A model generated the notes under the pieces. That model searched no databases and was not told the origin of the DNA. It worked only from the letters and a program-made list of their open reading frames with translations. This document shows positions 21,901 to 34,830 of a stretch of DNA of 64,000 nt, piece by piece. The stretch comes from Octopus bimaculoides. Its lineage: Eukaryota. The position numbers and the translations under genes were made by a program. Positions within the stretch are counted from its first letter, which is position 1; each line of letters opens with the position of its first letter. The stretch covers positions 93,702,021 through 93,766,020 of the forward strand of contig NC_068983.1 of assembly GCF_001194135.2 (NCBI RefSeq), given 5' to 3'.

Positions 21901-23649
21901 ATGAAATGAGATGCCTTAGGATTGAGATACATGATGCAGGGTACTACATTACAGATCCATTTAACCCCAACTTTCATGGGTAAATGGGTACTGAATGATT
22001 GATGAGAAGGATGGTAAGATACTAGCTGTAAGGAAGATAATGATATGACAGCTCAAATAATGTCCCGTTACTACATTTCAGTTAACCACCACATGGTAAT
22101 AAATTATAGGGAAGTATCTGTTAATCATGCTACTTCTTGCAAAAGAGTTTAGCAAAATAAATGGCTATATCTTACTGCACTGCTAGTTGTCTGTTCGATA
22201 CTACTAAAGTCAATGCTATTTACATCACATCAGTGGAAGCTGAATACTTCTAGAAAATCTATTAACCTGTTTAAGGTTCAGCTTTTCATATTCATGGCCA
22301 GTTTATATGATTTGTTTATTAGTTGCTGCTGTTGTTGTTTATTTAGCCCTGGGCCAATCCTGATTGAGCAGACTTGCAATCAAAAACATTCCAGACATGA
22401 CCATCCTACTTTATTTTTTTTTCATATATTGTGTATTTTAGATTTCATCCCATGTGTCCTTTTCTATTATCATTAGATGTGATTTGAGCAAGATTTGACT
22501 GCTATTTCTTGTATTTCGTGTGACCACGTAGAGGCTTCCTTGTTGGCATGTAGCTAGTTAGTATAAAGAGGAAGTGTTTTACAGTTCCTATGCTTAAAGG
22601 AAGTTAACACAGCTCCTGATTATGCCTATAACCATTCTCAGAGTATGAAAGTTAAAAAGGCAAATATTAACGATAGTAAATATACAGATGTTGTTTTTTC
22701 TTGATGTTTAATCCCAGGTTAGCCTTGACTGAGCATATCTATGGTCAAAGGTTTCCAGTTGTCATCATCCTGTCTTTTTTTTTTATGTGCAGCACACATC
22801 TCCATTGACACTAACCATCTTATTAATTATTCATTCCTCTCTCTTCTGTTCAGGACTAGGATTTTAGTTCTTAAAGACAACATTTTTAACAACAGCCTCT
22901 AATTCAACTCTATACAACATTCTCTATGGGTTGTCATTTAGAAATCTTTACATGCTTAATATTCTGCTTATACTATGTGCTGTTTCTCTTTTTACATGTT
23001 AAAAGTTTCATCAGCACAGTCGCAGCTTGCTTACTGGTTGTTACAAGTAAATGAACAAGAGTGCTGTAAACTTCCATATCTCAACTCTTATCTTATTTCA
23101 TGTGCCATTGCATATGGTGATATTTTCTTTGTCTAACATGTGTTCACTAACTCCTAAGCAAAACAACAACCTTGTTGACAAATACAGGTGGTGTTGAAAT
23201 GCTTGCAATCAACTGTAAAAGCATGTCTGGGCTTCTTGACATGTCTTGCCATGTTGAGTAACCTTTGCAAACACAAAAGCTTGTAACTGTATCTGGACTG
23301 TACATTGCTTGACAGATTGAGGGAAATATCTTGCCAGGAAACAGGTGAAGGATGGTAATAGGAAGAGCATCTGAATGTAGAAAATTTGCCTAAAGAATTC
23401 CATCTCACCCATTCAAGCATAGAAAAGTAGACATTAAAATGATGATGATGAAACACACACAACCCTTCACATCTGTGTATGTGTTCTTAAAAAAATCGAG
23501 AAAATCTAGAGCTATACAAACAAACAAGAAGTCAAACAAATCCAGAAAACAAACTTCATCTAGTTCCAATCACTCTTTAACCTAAATGTTGCAGTAAACA
23601 TGGCAAAGAACTTCTTAATAGTAATCTCCAAACAATCAACAACTGGAGG

Positions 23650-23816
23650 ATCAGTTAATTATGATTTTACTCAACATATTCCCCTCTCAGATTCACACAA
23701 TTATTGCAGCGGTCTTTCAGTTTTTCTAAGCCCTGTGAAAGAACTCATAAGGTTGGGCCTCCAACCAGGCCTTTTGCAATACTCTTAAAGCCAGGAACCT
23801 TTGAGCACCCCCTGTA
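23650..23816 (-). mobile_element. Mariner-type non-autonomous fragment
   Basis: Minus TA-CAGGGGGTGCTCAAAGGTTCCTGGCTTT (TIR-like, 23814-23787) followed by the transposase C-terminus GLEKLKDRCNNCVNLRGEYVE* (stop 23667-23669). Second TIR not found. Confidence 0.7.
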
Positions 23817-24909
23817 TATTTTCTTTTAAATGGCACAGACCACAAGCTAGTTACATACAGTAATGTTAGAAGTAGTAGTAAAGGTATAATATTTCCAGTA
23901 CCAATGATAAACAACCAACCAAACCAGTGTGCAGAAAAATAATAACGTCTGGAGACATCAAAATGCATAATACATTAAAAAATAGAAATCACTTAGAGAA
24001 TGATTACCTCTTGCATTAAGCATTAATTATTAAGTAACAATTATAAAAACGTTCACATACCTCAGTATATATGCAGATGTGCATAGAACTAATTAACAAA
24101 AACAGCATTCACATACATATATGTACACATGTAAACAAATATGCATGTACTCATGCATAAAAGCACATATGATCATACATGTGTATGTGTATCTACTTAT
24201 AGATATGCACATAAAAGCCTATGTATGTAAGTGTTTACATGCAAATATTCAGATGCACTTATATGCATACATATTCACATACAAGAGCAAGTGTAAATAC
24301 ACAAGAGTGTCTGTATCCTAACAGCTAAGATAAATAGTTTTCTGGCAGTAATCTACAAGCATATGCATACACATGTACATATACATAATTCATATAGATT
24401 ATTGCCTGAAAGAAGATATTTTTTAGATTAATATTAATTATGTTTTCATTTTTATAAGTATTAATTAGATATTAATCATCAACTTCTTAAATGTCAAAAA
24501 ATTTATGCTAGCTTGAGGTACATAGAGAAATATCATTTAACTTCAGAATTTACTCTCAGTAGATACTACATACAAACAGTGGTTGTTGCTATGGGCTATA
24601 TAGCCTTGCATATCTCTAATATATTCCTCCTTTTGTATTTCATAAGTTTTAGTTATATTGTTTTCAAACTTTCCTTGCTCCAGCTTTGTTTCATGATCAT
24701 GTAGTTCCAGCAATGATCCCACTATGCAACAACTTCTATGCACTTTCTACCATAGCTTCAGTTTAACAAATCCTCTATGAGTGGTTTATGATTGCAAGAA
24801 ACAGTACAGCAATCTGTTATGTGTGTGTTGTGTGATGAGTCAAACTGTCCAACCTATGCCAGCATGGAAAACAGATGTTATATGATGATAATGATGATTT
24901 ATAATAACA

Positions 24910-25150
24910 TGTCTTGAGCCTTAAGATTCATAGGGCCAGTTACCCAGTTTCTATAGCATAAAGTGACCACAATCACAACAGTTTTTCCTGAATAGGATAC
25001 CAGTCCATCACAGGGTTATTCATTACAGCTGAATGGACTGGAGCAGCATGAAATGAAGTGTTTTGCTTAATACAATACACCACCTGGCTCAGGAATTTAA
25101 ACTGCAATTGCAAATCATGAGAGTGACACCCTAACCACTAGGCCATGTGC
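24910..25150 (-). mobile_element. tRNA-derived SINE (third family)
   Basis: Minus ATGGCCTAGTGGTTAGGGTGTC..AAGCAAAACACTTCATTTCATGCTGCTCCAGTCCATTCAGCTG..GATGGACTGGTATCC; related copies at 32740, 33980, 45190, 51845 and 53700. Confidence 0.7.
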
Positions 25151-25199
25151 CATCACACATGCGTGCACACACACACATACACATATATACAAGCAATAG

Positions 25200-25465
25200 A
25201 AAGGCTAAGTGAAATCATGGTCATGGCCAGTGCTAGTGACATGTGAAAGGAACCCATGCTGGTGACACGTAAAAGACACCCATGCCGGTGGCACATGAAA
25301 GACATCCAGTACACTCTGTAGAGTGGTTGGCATTAGGAAGGGCATCAAACCATAGAAACCAAGCCAAATCAGATTAGAACTTGGTGCAGCTCTCAGGCTT
25401 ACCAGCTCTAGTCAAGCCATTTAACTTATGCCAGCATAGAAAACAAACATTAAATGATGATGATG
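25200..25465 (+). mobile_element. RTE 3' UTR fragment with (GAT)n tail
   Basis: GGTGACACGTAAAAGACACC..GAGTGGTTGGCATTAGGAAGGGCATC..GCCAGCATAGAAAACAAACATTAAATGATGATG. Confidence 0.75.
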
Positions 25466-26449
25466 TTGTTGATGTTGATTGTCTGCTTGTAAATGCCTCA
25501 TATATTTGAACTATAAATATGTATATACATAAATATGCATTTATGTATGTATGTGTATATACCATTTTTTTAATATCTTTTATTGATATACATTGGTGAA
25601 TGATGTAAAAACTGGGGAAAAACTAGTGCTCTTCAAATGAAACCGTTTGCAAGAACACAGTCCTTGGTGCCTTAGTTTTCAGAAGTATAATGAATCAGTG
25701 ATTTACCATTTGTAAATCTACACCCAGTACATTCTGTCAAATTGTCGGCATTAGGAAACCATTGGCTTGTCAGCTCTTGCCAGACCCTCCAACCCATGCC
25801 AGCATGGTAAACAGATGTTAAATGACAATGGTGGCAGTGGCAGCAACATTGTTGTTCTTGTTGTTACCACCACTGATGTTACAGTTTGTCAGTTGCTATA
25901 TAAGATCAAAGTTATCATTTCCCAAAACCTTATTATGGCTTCTCAGCAGCAATCTTATTACTGTTTATTTCTGTAACAACTTATAAATACTAGTAAGATC
26001 TTGGTATTCTTCAGTTTTATTTAACTGATAATCACCATAAGGTGATTTGTATTATCTTTCCCAGTTTCAAATTAAAAAAGCTCTAGCTTTATTAACTCAA
26101 CTTATAAATATTTACTGTTTTCTAATACATGAAATGAATTAAATAAAACTTTATTTACTCTCCTCATGAATATTTACTATTTTTTAAATCTTAAATTGAT
26201 GAAATTCATGCATTGGAATTAGATTAATGTTATTTTTAGTTTCATAAGTTGATTTTTTGTTTTGTTTTTGGCAACCCCCTTACCACACCTACCACCACCA
26301 AGCAACTACATTTTGTTTCACTTGCAAAACCACAAGTGATATCAGTGAGAGTATGGATTCAACATAAAAGCGACAGCAGATATCTGAAAACTCATGCACA
26401 GACAAGTTTTTTTTTTTAAATTAAGAAAAGATGTGTAAGTGTGTGTGTG

Positions 26450-26509
<60 letters not shown>

Positions 26510-27119
26510 NNNNNNNNNNNNNNNNNNNNNNNNNNNNNNNNNNNNNNNNNNNNNNNNNNNNNNNNNNNNNNNNNNNNNNNNNNNNNNNNNNNNNNNNNNN
26601 NNNNNNNNNNNNNNNNNNNNNNNNNNNNNNNNNNNNNNNNNNNNNNNNNNNNNNNNNNNNNNNNNNNNNNNNNNNNNNNNNNNNNNNNNNNNNNNNNNNN
26701 NNNNNNNNNNNNNNNNNNNNNNNNNNNNNNNNNNNNNNNNNNNNNNNNNNNNNNNNNNNNNNNNNNNNNNNNNNNNNNNNNNNNNNNNNNNNNNNNNNNN
26801 NNNNNNNNNNNNNNNNNNNNNNNNNNNNNNNNNNNNNNNNNNNNNNNNNNNNNNNNNNNNNNNNNNNNNNNNNNNNNNNNNNNNNNNNNNNNNNNNNNNN
26901 NNNNNNNNNNNNNNNNNNNNNNNNNNNNNNNNNNNNNNNNNNNNNNNNNNNNNNNNNNNNNNNNNNNNNNNNNNNNNNNNNNNNNNNNNNNNNNNNNNNN
27001 NNNNNNNNATATATATATATATGTATATGTATGTATAAACGTATACACACACACACACAAACATATATAAACACACACACACTGCATCCTTTTTTTTACT
27101 ACCAAATTATTCACTAGTC

Positions 27120-27650
27120 ATTGGTCAACCTGAGGCTGAGCAGAAGAAACTTGCCCTCATAATGACATAGAGTGGGACCAAACACCAGATCATGTTGTTT
27201 CAGATATACATGTGTATCTGCTTCAGTGATGCTCATATTTCCATCAGTCAAACAGAATTTGTCCTGCCAATTATTGTGTATGGCAGTGAAATGGGGGAAA
27301 GTATCAGCAAAGCTAGCCATGAAGTGGGATACTGTCCTTGATATAGCTATAGAAGAGCCTCACAGTCACCTGACAAGATGGAATTACAAATAAGGAAATC
27401 TTTTTTGCAAAATCAATCCTAGGCATTGAAAAACAGTTTTGGCTGGCAAGTGATGTTTTATACCTACCAACACTACTTGGCATGCAAAAACTGCAAATAC
27501 ATGGATGCCAAAAGAAAGAAAAGAGCAAAGGAGTCAGCCCAAGAATGCCTAGTGTCAGGCATTCCAGAAAGAATTCAAATGCACAAAGACCAATCAGATA
27601 AGAATAGTAGCAACAGTAGATCAAACATGTTGGAGGAAGCTTGCTGCATT
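27120..27650 (+). mobile_element. Degraded RTE-clade LINE RT C-terminal region
   Basis: VLPIIVYGSE (VLPxLLYGSETW motif) near 27260 and TWMPKERK..QPK..QKEFK near 27500-27580; multiple stops and frameshifts. Confidence 0.65.
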
Positions 27651-28482
27651 ATGCATCTCACAATGTGGGAAGGGCTCAGTTTAAGTTTAATATATATAAT
27701 GTTAGGTATTCCTTTTTGAAACAGTGGATTGCGGAGAACATAAAGCTTTAAGAAATAGCATGTAAATATTAGATTGAAAATTGCTTTTGAATAGAAAAAC
27801 TTGCAGGCTGCCCTTGGGACTCAAACACAAATCTCTTGTAGAAATACCAGCAAGAATTGTATGTCATTGGTGTCATATGAGAACATGAAATAATAATTTT
27901 TTTGAATCATGAAGCACATAGGTCTATTCTATTTTTTTCTCTCCCATCATTTTATTGTTCTTCTGTGAAGCACAGAGTGAAGTTTCAAATCTAATTGAAG
28001 TTTAGAATTTTATTCTCTATTGTTTTCTCAGTTTTCATAATTTGTAGACAGACATCAGTGCACCTAATGGACAACTAAGGAATTTAAAATTAAGTTTAGT
28101 TTTCCAAAGTCATATCTGAATAATTATGTATATACAGAGTTATGTCTGACAACATATATATATGCATAACTCTGAAAAATTTGAGTTTGGTTTAAATTTA
28201 TTTATTGTCTATGAGGTATACCAATGAAATTTGAAGATTGAAGAATGCACCATCTGCAGGTGATGGGGACTAAAATAGAAACAACAGTACAGAATAGAAT
28301 ACATAATGTTAACTAGATTTGAAACTTCCAATCTATGCTTTACATTCAAAATAGATATGATAAGAGAGGAAAAATGACTTTTTCATAAATAATCCTTTTG
28401 TACAGACAACACAGAATGCTAAACTTTACATGCACATATATAATGTGTATGTCTACATGTATGTGTGTGTGTAAAAAAAAAT

Positions 28483-28701
28483 GTGCTATTTTAGAAAAGT
28501 CAAACAGGCTGCAGTATCAAAATTAATCTTCAAAGTTTCAAAACACCCTAACGCAAACTATTACACTTGTTATTATCTATTGCTTTTAAATTTAGATTTA
28601 GCAATAGATAATAACAAGTGTAATAGTTTGCGTTAGGGTGTTTTGAAACCTCAAAGATTGGTTTTGATACTGCAGCCTGTTTGACTATTCTAAAATAGCA
28701 C
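28483..28701. repeat. Long near-perfect inverted repeat (102-bp arms, 15-nt loop)
   Basis: 28483-28584 versus the reverse complement of 28600-28701: 6 mismatches, with about 50 bp next to the loop perfectly paired; flanked by an A-run and a T-run. Confidence 0.97.
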
Positions 28702-28733
28702 TTTTTTTTTTCTTAAATCTTTCCATTATTTGC

Positions 28734-29168
28734 CCGAGACCTTTGGAAATGTGCTGTGCGTGAGAAGACCCGGCAAGCCAAGTAAGATCGTTGCCAGTGC
28801 CCCTGGACTGGTTCTTGTGCGGGTGGCACATGAGATGCACCATTTTGAGCGTGGCTGTTGCCAGTACCGCCTGACTGGCTCCCGTAGGATTTTCGAGCGA
28901 GATCGTTGCCAGTGCCCCTGGACTGGCTTGTGCGGGTGGCACATAAAAGACACCATTTCGAGCATGGCCGTTTTCATGCGGGTGACACGTAAAAGCACCC
29001 ACTACACTCTCTGAGTGGTTGGTGTTAGGAAGGGCATCCAGCTGTAGAAACTCTGCCAAATTAGACTGGAGCCTGGTGTTGCCATCCGGTTTCACCAGTC
29101 CTCAGTCAAATCGTCCAACCCATGCTAGCATGGAAAGCGGACGTTAAACGATGATGATGATGATGATG
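28734..29168 (+). mobile_element. Short, relatively young 5'-truncated RTE LINE with probable TSD
   Basis: Last codons RDLWKCAVREKTRQAK*, internally repeated 3' UTR (GATCGTTGCCAGTGCCCCTGGACTGG twice), CpGs retained, tail GGACGTTAAAC(GAT)n; ATTTGC at 28728-28733 and 29169-29174. Confidence 0.85.
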
Positions 29169-29281
29169 ATTTGCATGGGCTTGTCTAAGGCTGGTCCATA
29201 TTGACTATATAAACTTGCTCATATATATAAAAAATAATTTTTCCTTTTGTGCATGTCATGACATTTGTATGTAAGTTTGCC

Positions 29282-29354
29282 CTGACGAGGGGTTCATCAC
29301 CAGTTTGCACTCTATTGTGTTTAGAATACAGTGGTGTACCCCGAAATGGCTGTA
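29282..29354 (+). ncRNA. Hammerhead-like core with an extended stem II (stem I not evident)
   Basis: CUGACGA-GGGGU..CACC..GGUG.ACCCC-GAAA-U-GGCU-GUA. Confidence 0.4.
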
Positions 29355-30096
29355 ATTGTATTTTGACGCATGTGTTGTGAACTTTTGGACATGGTGAGCG
29401 GAATTAAATTTTACATGTTTTACCTGCTGATACCTGCTGGGTGCCTGTTATTCACTCTTGTATATATCTAACTGGTGCGGACTTGCTTATTGGTGTCTAC
29501 TGTTTTTGAGTTGTAAAATGTACCCGAGGGAGATGAAGAACTTTGTGCTTTAACTCTAAATGGTGTTAAATCATTTCTGTCCTTGATTTTTAACCGATGG
29601 ACAACTTTATGGTACTTCATTTCTTTATTTTATTTTACTTTATTTTATATCGACTTATATTATATTATATATTTGAAATTTTTATTCCTTTTATTCGTAT
29701 TAATTTTAACTTATATGAAATGATATTTATGTGTATTGTATTATACCTTTAACTCAATTTTTTTCATTTGTATGTTATCGGTTGAAACAATATATTCGTG
29801 TATAAAATTTTTTATACTATATGTTCTATTTCTTGCATCTTACTTCTTATATATTTCCTATTCTTTTATTTCTTATTTCTTCTTATGTTATTTTTTTAAT
29901 GTTATATCTTCTTATTCCTTATGTTTGACGGATTATATTGTATATCTTATATATGTTCATTGAGGGGGCGTGATATGTTGAGTCGGTAACCCAGCGTTTT
30001 TATTCTATAACTTGTCTCACTTATTCTGAGCACTTCTCCTTGCAGCCCTGTATAAAATCTATTAGTTTCTTAATAAGAAACCATTAATATTACATA

Positions 30097-30153
<57 letters not shown>

Positions 30154-31130
30154 NNNNNNNNNNNNNNNNNNNNNNNNNNNNNNNNNNNNNNNNNNNNNNN
30201 NNNNNNNNNNNNNNNNNNNNNNNNNNNNNNNNNNNNNNNNNNNNNNNNNNNNNNNNNNNNNNNNNNNNNNNNNNNNNNNNNNNNNNNNNNNNNNNNNNNN
30301 NNNNNNNNNNNNNNNNNNNNNNNNNNNNNNNNNNNNNNNNNNNNNNNNNNNNNNNNNNNNNNNNNNNNNNNNNNNNNNNNNNNNNNNNNNNNNNNNNNNN
30401 NNNNNNNNNNNNNNNNNNNNNNNNNNNNNNNNNNNNNNNNNNNNNNNNNNNNNNNNNNNNNNNNNNNNNNNNNNNNNNNNNNNNNNNNNNNNNNNNNNNN
30501 NNNNNNNNNNNNNNNNNNNNNNNNNNNNNNNNNNNNNNNNNNNNNNNNNNNNNNNNNNNNNNNNNNNNNNNNNNNNNNNNNNNNNNNNNNNNNNNNNNNN
30601 NNNNNNNNNNNNNNNNNNNNNNNNNNNNNNNNNNNNNNNNNNNNNNNNNNNNNNNNNNNNNNNNNNNNNNNNNNNNNNNNNNNNNNNNNNNNNNNNNNNN
30701 NNNNNNNNNNNNNNNNNNNNNNNNNNNNNNNNNNNNNNNNNNNNNNNNNNNNNNNNNNNNNNNNNNNNNNNNNNNNNNNNNNNNNNNNNNNNNNNNNNNN
30801 NNNNNNNNNNNNNNNNNNNNNNNNNNNNNNNNNNNNNNNNNNNNNNNNNNNNNNNNNNNNNNNNNNNNNNNNNNNNNNNNNNNNNNNNNNNNNNNNNNNN
30901 NNNNNNNNNNNNNNNNNNNNNNNNNNNNNNNNNNNNNNNNNNNNNNNNNNNNNNNNNNNNNNNNNNNNNNNNNNNNNNNNNNNNNNNNNNNNNNNNNNNN
31001 NNNNNNNNNNNNNNNNNNNNNNNNNNNNNNNNNNNNNNNNNNNNNNNNNNNNNNNNNNNNNNNNNNNNNNNNNNNNNNNNNNNNNNNNNNNNNNNNNNNN
31101 NNNNNNNNNNNNNNNNNNNNNNNNNNNNNN

Positions 31131-31174
<44 letters not shown>

Positions 31175-32201
31175 TTTATGTATTTGCACATAGCTTCTGT
31201 AAGATGTCAGCACAAAGAAATCCACTATCACATCATGACAGTGGATCTGATGTTTCCACCACTGAAAACAAATAATTTAGAGAAAAGAGTGAAACAAAAC
31301 AAATAGACAAGACAAAAAAGTTGTGTGTGTGTATGTGTGTGTGAGAGAGAGAGTGAAACAGACAGAGACAGACAGACAGACAAACAGAGACAGAGTGATT
31401 TTAGTTTGATTAAATGAACAGTTAGCTTTGAATTATTTAAAATAATGTAGAAAGTGATTTTAAAAAATGATGTCTGACATTTCAATCTAACTTCATTTAT
31501 GTGTATTTATGTTTTTTCCTTTAAATATGATTGTACATTCTCACAACATATTTAAAGTTAGAATTATTGATATTCTAAAAGATCTTCATTGCTTATATCC
31601 ATGTTTTCTTTTCTCTTTTCTTTCATTTTCTTTTATTTCATTTTCATCATTACATCTCCAAAAACATAACGGACATTATTTGTAAGAAAAATTGTCAATT
31701 TTCAAAAGAACTCTAAAGAATAATTGTTTAAAGAAATGGTAAAATATAAAATATGATTTAATGTACATACATACGTACTCATCATCATCACCATAATAAT
31801 AATAATAATAGTAATAGTAATAATAATAATAGTACTAGTAATAATAATAATAATACTTTTAATGTCTACTTTCCATGCTTGCATGGATTATATGAGTAAG
31901 TTAGAGCAGAATTTTCTAAAGCCCGATGCCCTTCCTGTTGCTAATTCCCATTTGTTTTGAAATAAGGTAATGATTCCCCAATCTGTTGAACAACAAACAG
32001 CCCAGACATGTTTTTTCTATGTAGAAAGCTGAAAACAGGTAGGGTAAAATCTAAACTTTATATTATTTGATTCTCTATAAGAAGAATTTCTAATAAGAAA
32101 TTTCTTACATGTTTATCCAACATGTACAACTTTGTGATTCCTATTAGCAATTGAAGCATGTGTAATGGTGAATAAATGATACCAAAAAAATTTCAACTTC
32201 T

Positions 32202-32259
<58 letters not shown>

Positions 32260-33979
32260 GGATGTGTGCATGTGTGTGTATGAGTGTGGTCACAGGAAGT
32301 ATAGGTAAGAGTGTATGGTGTACATAAGACAAGGTCCTTCATGCATATACCTTGAGATGGACAAGCGAGCTACGGGGATAAAGATGAAAAATAGAGGAGT
32401 CGAATGTTGGAGGAAGAACCAGATGAGTCCTTTTAAGTTATACTGGAAGCAATGTATTGTGAGCAGAAGAGTCATGACAGCAGTTTAATGCCTTAATAGT
32501 GAGGAGGAGAAGGAGGAAAAGAAGAAGAAGAAGAAGAAGAGAGTGATTGAGAAATGAGTATCAGCAACATGCACATTAGACAGTTAAGTGATAGACAGAT
32601 GAATGATAAAAGAGGTCTAATAAGAAGGATGTGCAATAGAGAAGTGAGTGATAGATGTGCTAAAGAGATGAGAGGCTATCAAAAAAGTCTTGTAGACTTG
32701 ACTGTAACAGTATGAATACACACATATATCAAACTAGGATCAAAGGTCCTTCCTGAGCCATAGGCTCATAAGATTCTGCGGCAGTTATATTCCACCCTTA
32801 CCCGGACAAGACACTAGTCGATCACAGGATTATTTATTTTTGCCAACTGAGTGGACTGGAGTAATGTGAAATGAAGTGTTTAATTCAAGAACACTATACA
32901 TTGTCCAGTCTGGGAATCCAAACCACAATCTTCTGATCATGAGTGCAACACCCTAAGCCATGTGCCTATGCATACACACACACATACATACATGGATATT
33001 TCTACTCACATATACATATATATATTATCATTGTTATTTTAACATCTCCTTTCCCATGCTTGGATGGAGTATATTGAGACTGATTTTCTGTGGCCGAATG
33101 CTCTTCCTGTTACTAACCCTCACCTGTTTCCAAGCAAGGTAATATTTCCCTATGGCCAAACATGATTTTGCAGAAGATTGAAAATGAATAACACTATATG
33201 ACAGTGACACTCATTTACAACTAACAATGCCAAACAATAATACACAAACATAAAATGGTCTTTCAGTTTCCATCTACCAAATCTATTCACAAGGCTTTGG
33301 TCGGCCCAGGACTATAGAAGAAAACATTTGCTTAGCAGTTTGATATCTGTAATTACCACTATATTAGGCATCTCCTTTATCCTTGTAATAGCTAACTATA
33401 ATGATGCCTACACCAGTCATTGGATATGACACCGTGTAGAACCTGATTAACTATATGGGTGAATACTTCTATAGAGCCACTTAGGCATTGGTGAGAGTCT
33501 ATTTTGGATGTGCTTTAGTAATCATTGCCTTGTACACTTGCAGCATGCAAAGTCTACCTTCTCTGCTAACCTCCAAAGGAATACTCTCATTATGAAAAGC
33601 AACCTTCAATGCAGAGAATTCAATATCTCAGCATGAAAAAGGTAAATATATGCTCTTTCACAGCTATATTTCAAAAGAAGTTTAGCAGGGGCCTAGTGGT
33701 TTGGTGGTTAGTGTTACTATTATAGCTGAAATATTGGAAGAATGTTTCCAATTCATAACATGTTTCCAATGAATAAACAAATGTACGTCATGAATGTTGA
33801 GTTGTGAGAAAGTTATTAATAACATAGCAGCAGTCTTCTAGGAATTTATTCAGAATCATTATTACATGACATCTTTTAATCTAGCAAAATGAATAATCTG
33901 GCACAGGTCTGGAACCAAGGCTGCAGGAAAATTGGTGTTGTATCATACTACCACTCCATTAAAAGAGTAAAAACCCATT

Positions 33980-34305
33980 TCAGTCATGAATGACTATGGG
34001 ATTGCACTAAGAATGTTCCTCTCCAAGGCACAAGTCTGGGCAAGGTTGTTTATGAAAGACTAATAGTTGCCCATACATACCAGCCTCCCCTCTCCTTGCC
34101 ACCGATGTTATCCAAGGGAAAAGCAAAGTCCAATACAACTTGGCACCAATGACATCGCCACTCATTCTACAGCTGAGTGAACTGGAGCAACATGAAATAA
34201 AGTGCCCTGCTCAAGAACACAATACACAGCCCAGTCTGGGAATCGAACTCACTACTTCATGATTGTGAGGCTGACACTCTAACAACTGAGCCGTGCGCCA
34301 ATGCT
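33980..34305 (-). mobile_element. tRNA-derived SINE (third family), near full length
   Basis: Minus TGGCGCACGGCTCAGTTGTTAGAGTGTCAGCCTCACAATCATGAAGTAGTGAGTTCGATTCCCAGAC..CTTGAGCAGGGCACTTTATTTC. Confidence 0.8.
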
Positions 34306-34439
34306 ATGATAACACAAGAATTACAAATTTCATTTTTCTCATTGCACTGGGAATTTACATATGTGGAAGATGTAGCTGCACCAGTACTGGTCACCACACA
34401 CTACAGTCAAATATTACTTTGTTCTATATTGCTTTTATT

Positions 34440-34643
34440 CTTTTATTTGTTTCAGTCTTTTGACTGCAGCCATGCTGGAGCACCACCTTTAATTGAACAT
34501 ATCGACCCCAGGACTTATTCTTTGTAAGCTTAGTACTTATTCTATTGGTTTCTTTTGCCAAACTGCTAAGTTACAGAGACATAAGCACACCAGCATTGAT
34601 TGTTGAGCGACGATAGTGGGGGGACAAACACAGACACACAAAC

Positions 34644-34689
<46 letters not shown>

Positions 34690-34830
34690 GATGGGCTTCT
34701 TTCAGTTTCCGTCTACCAAATCCACTCACAAGGCTTTGGTCGGCCCGGGGCTATAGTAGAAGACACTTGCCCAAGGTGCCATGCAGTGGGACTGAACCTG
34801 GAACGATGTGGTTGGGAAGCAAGCTCTTAC
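34440..34830 (-). mobile_element. CORE-like SINE, near full length, with an internal (TA)n
   Basis: Minus GGTAAGAGCTTGCTTCCCAACCACATC..GGCACCTTGGGCAAGTGTCTTCTACTATAGCCCCGG..(TA)n..GTGCTCCAGCATGGCTGCAGTC..ACTGAAACAA. Confidence 0.8.

Noticed and set aside
23726-23968. 80-aa hydrophobic ORF on the minus strand
   Set aside because: It runs through a mariner TIR and transposase tail in another frame; no recognisable homology.
24513-24704. 63-aa hydrophobic ORF as a possible upstream TMEM245 exon
   Set aside because: No motif match and no good donor; hydrophobicity is expected from T-rich DNA.
28483-28701. Equating the hairpin with miR-32, which lies in a TMEM245 intron in mammals
   Set aside because: I see no miR-32-like sequence, the stem is much longer than a typical pre-miRNA, and the lineages are distant; host-gene coincidence only.
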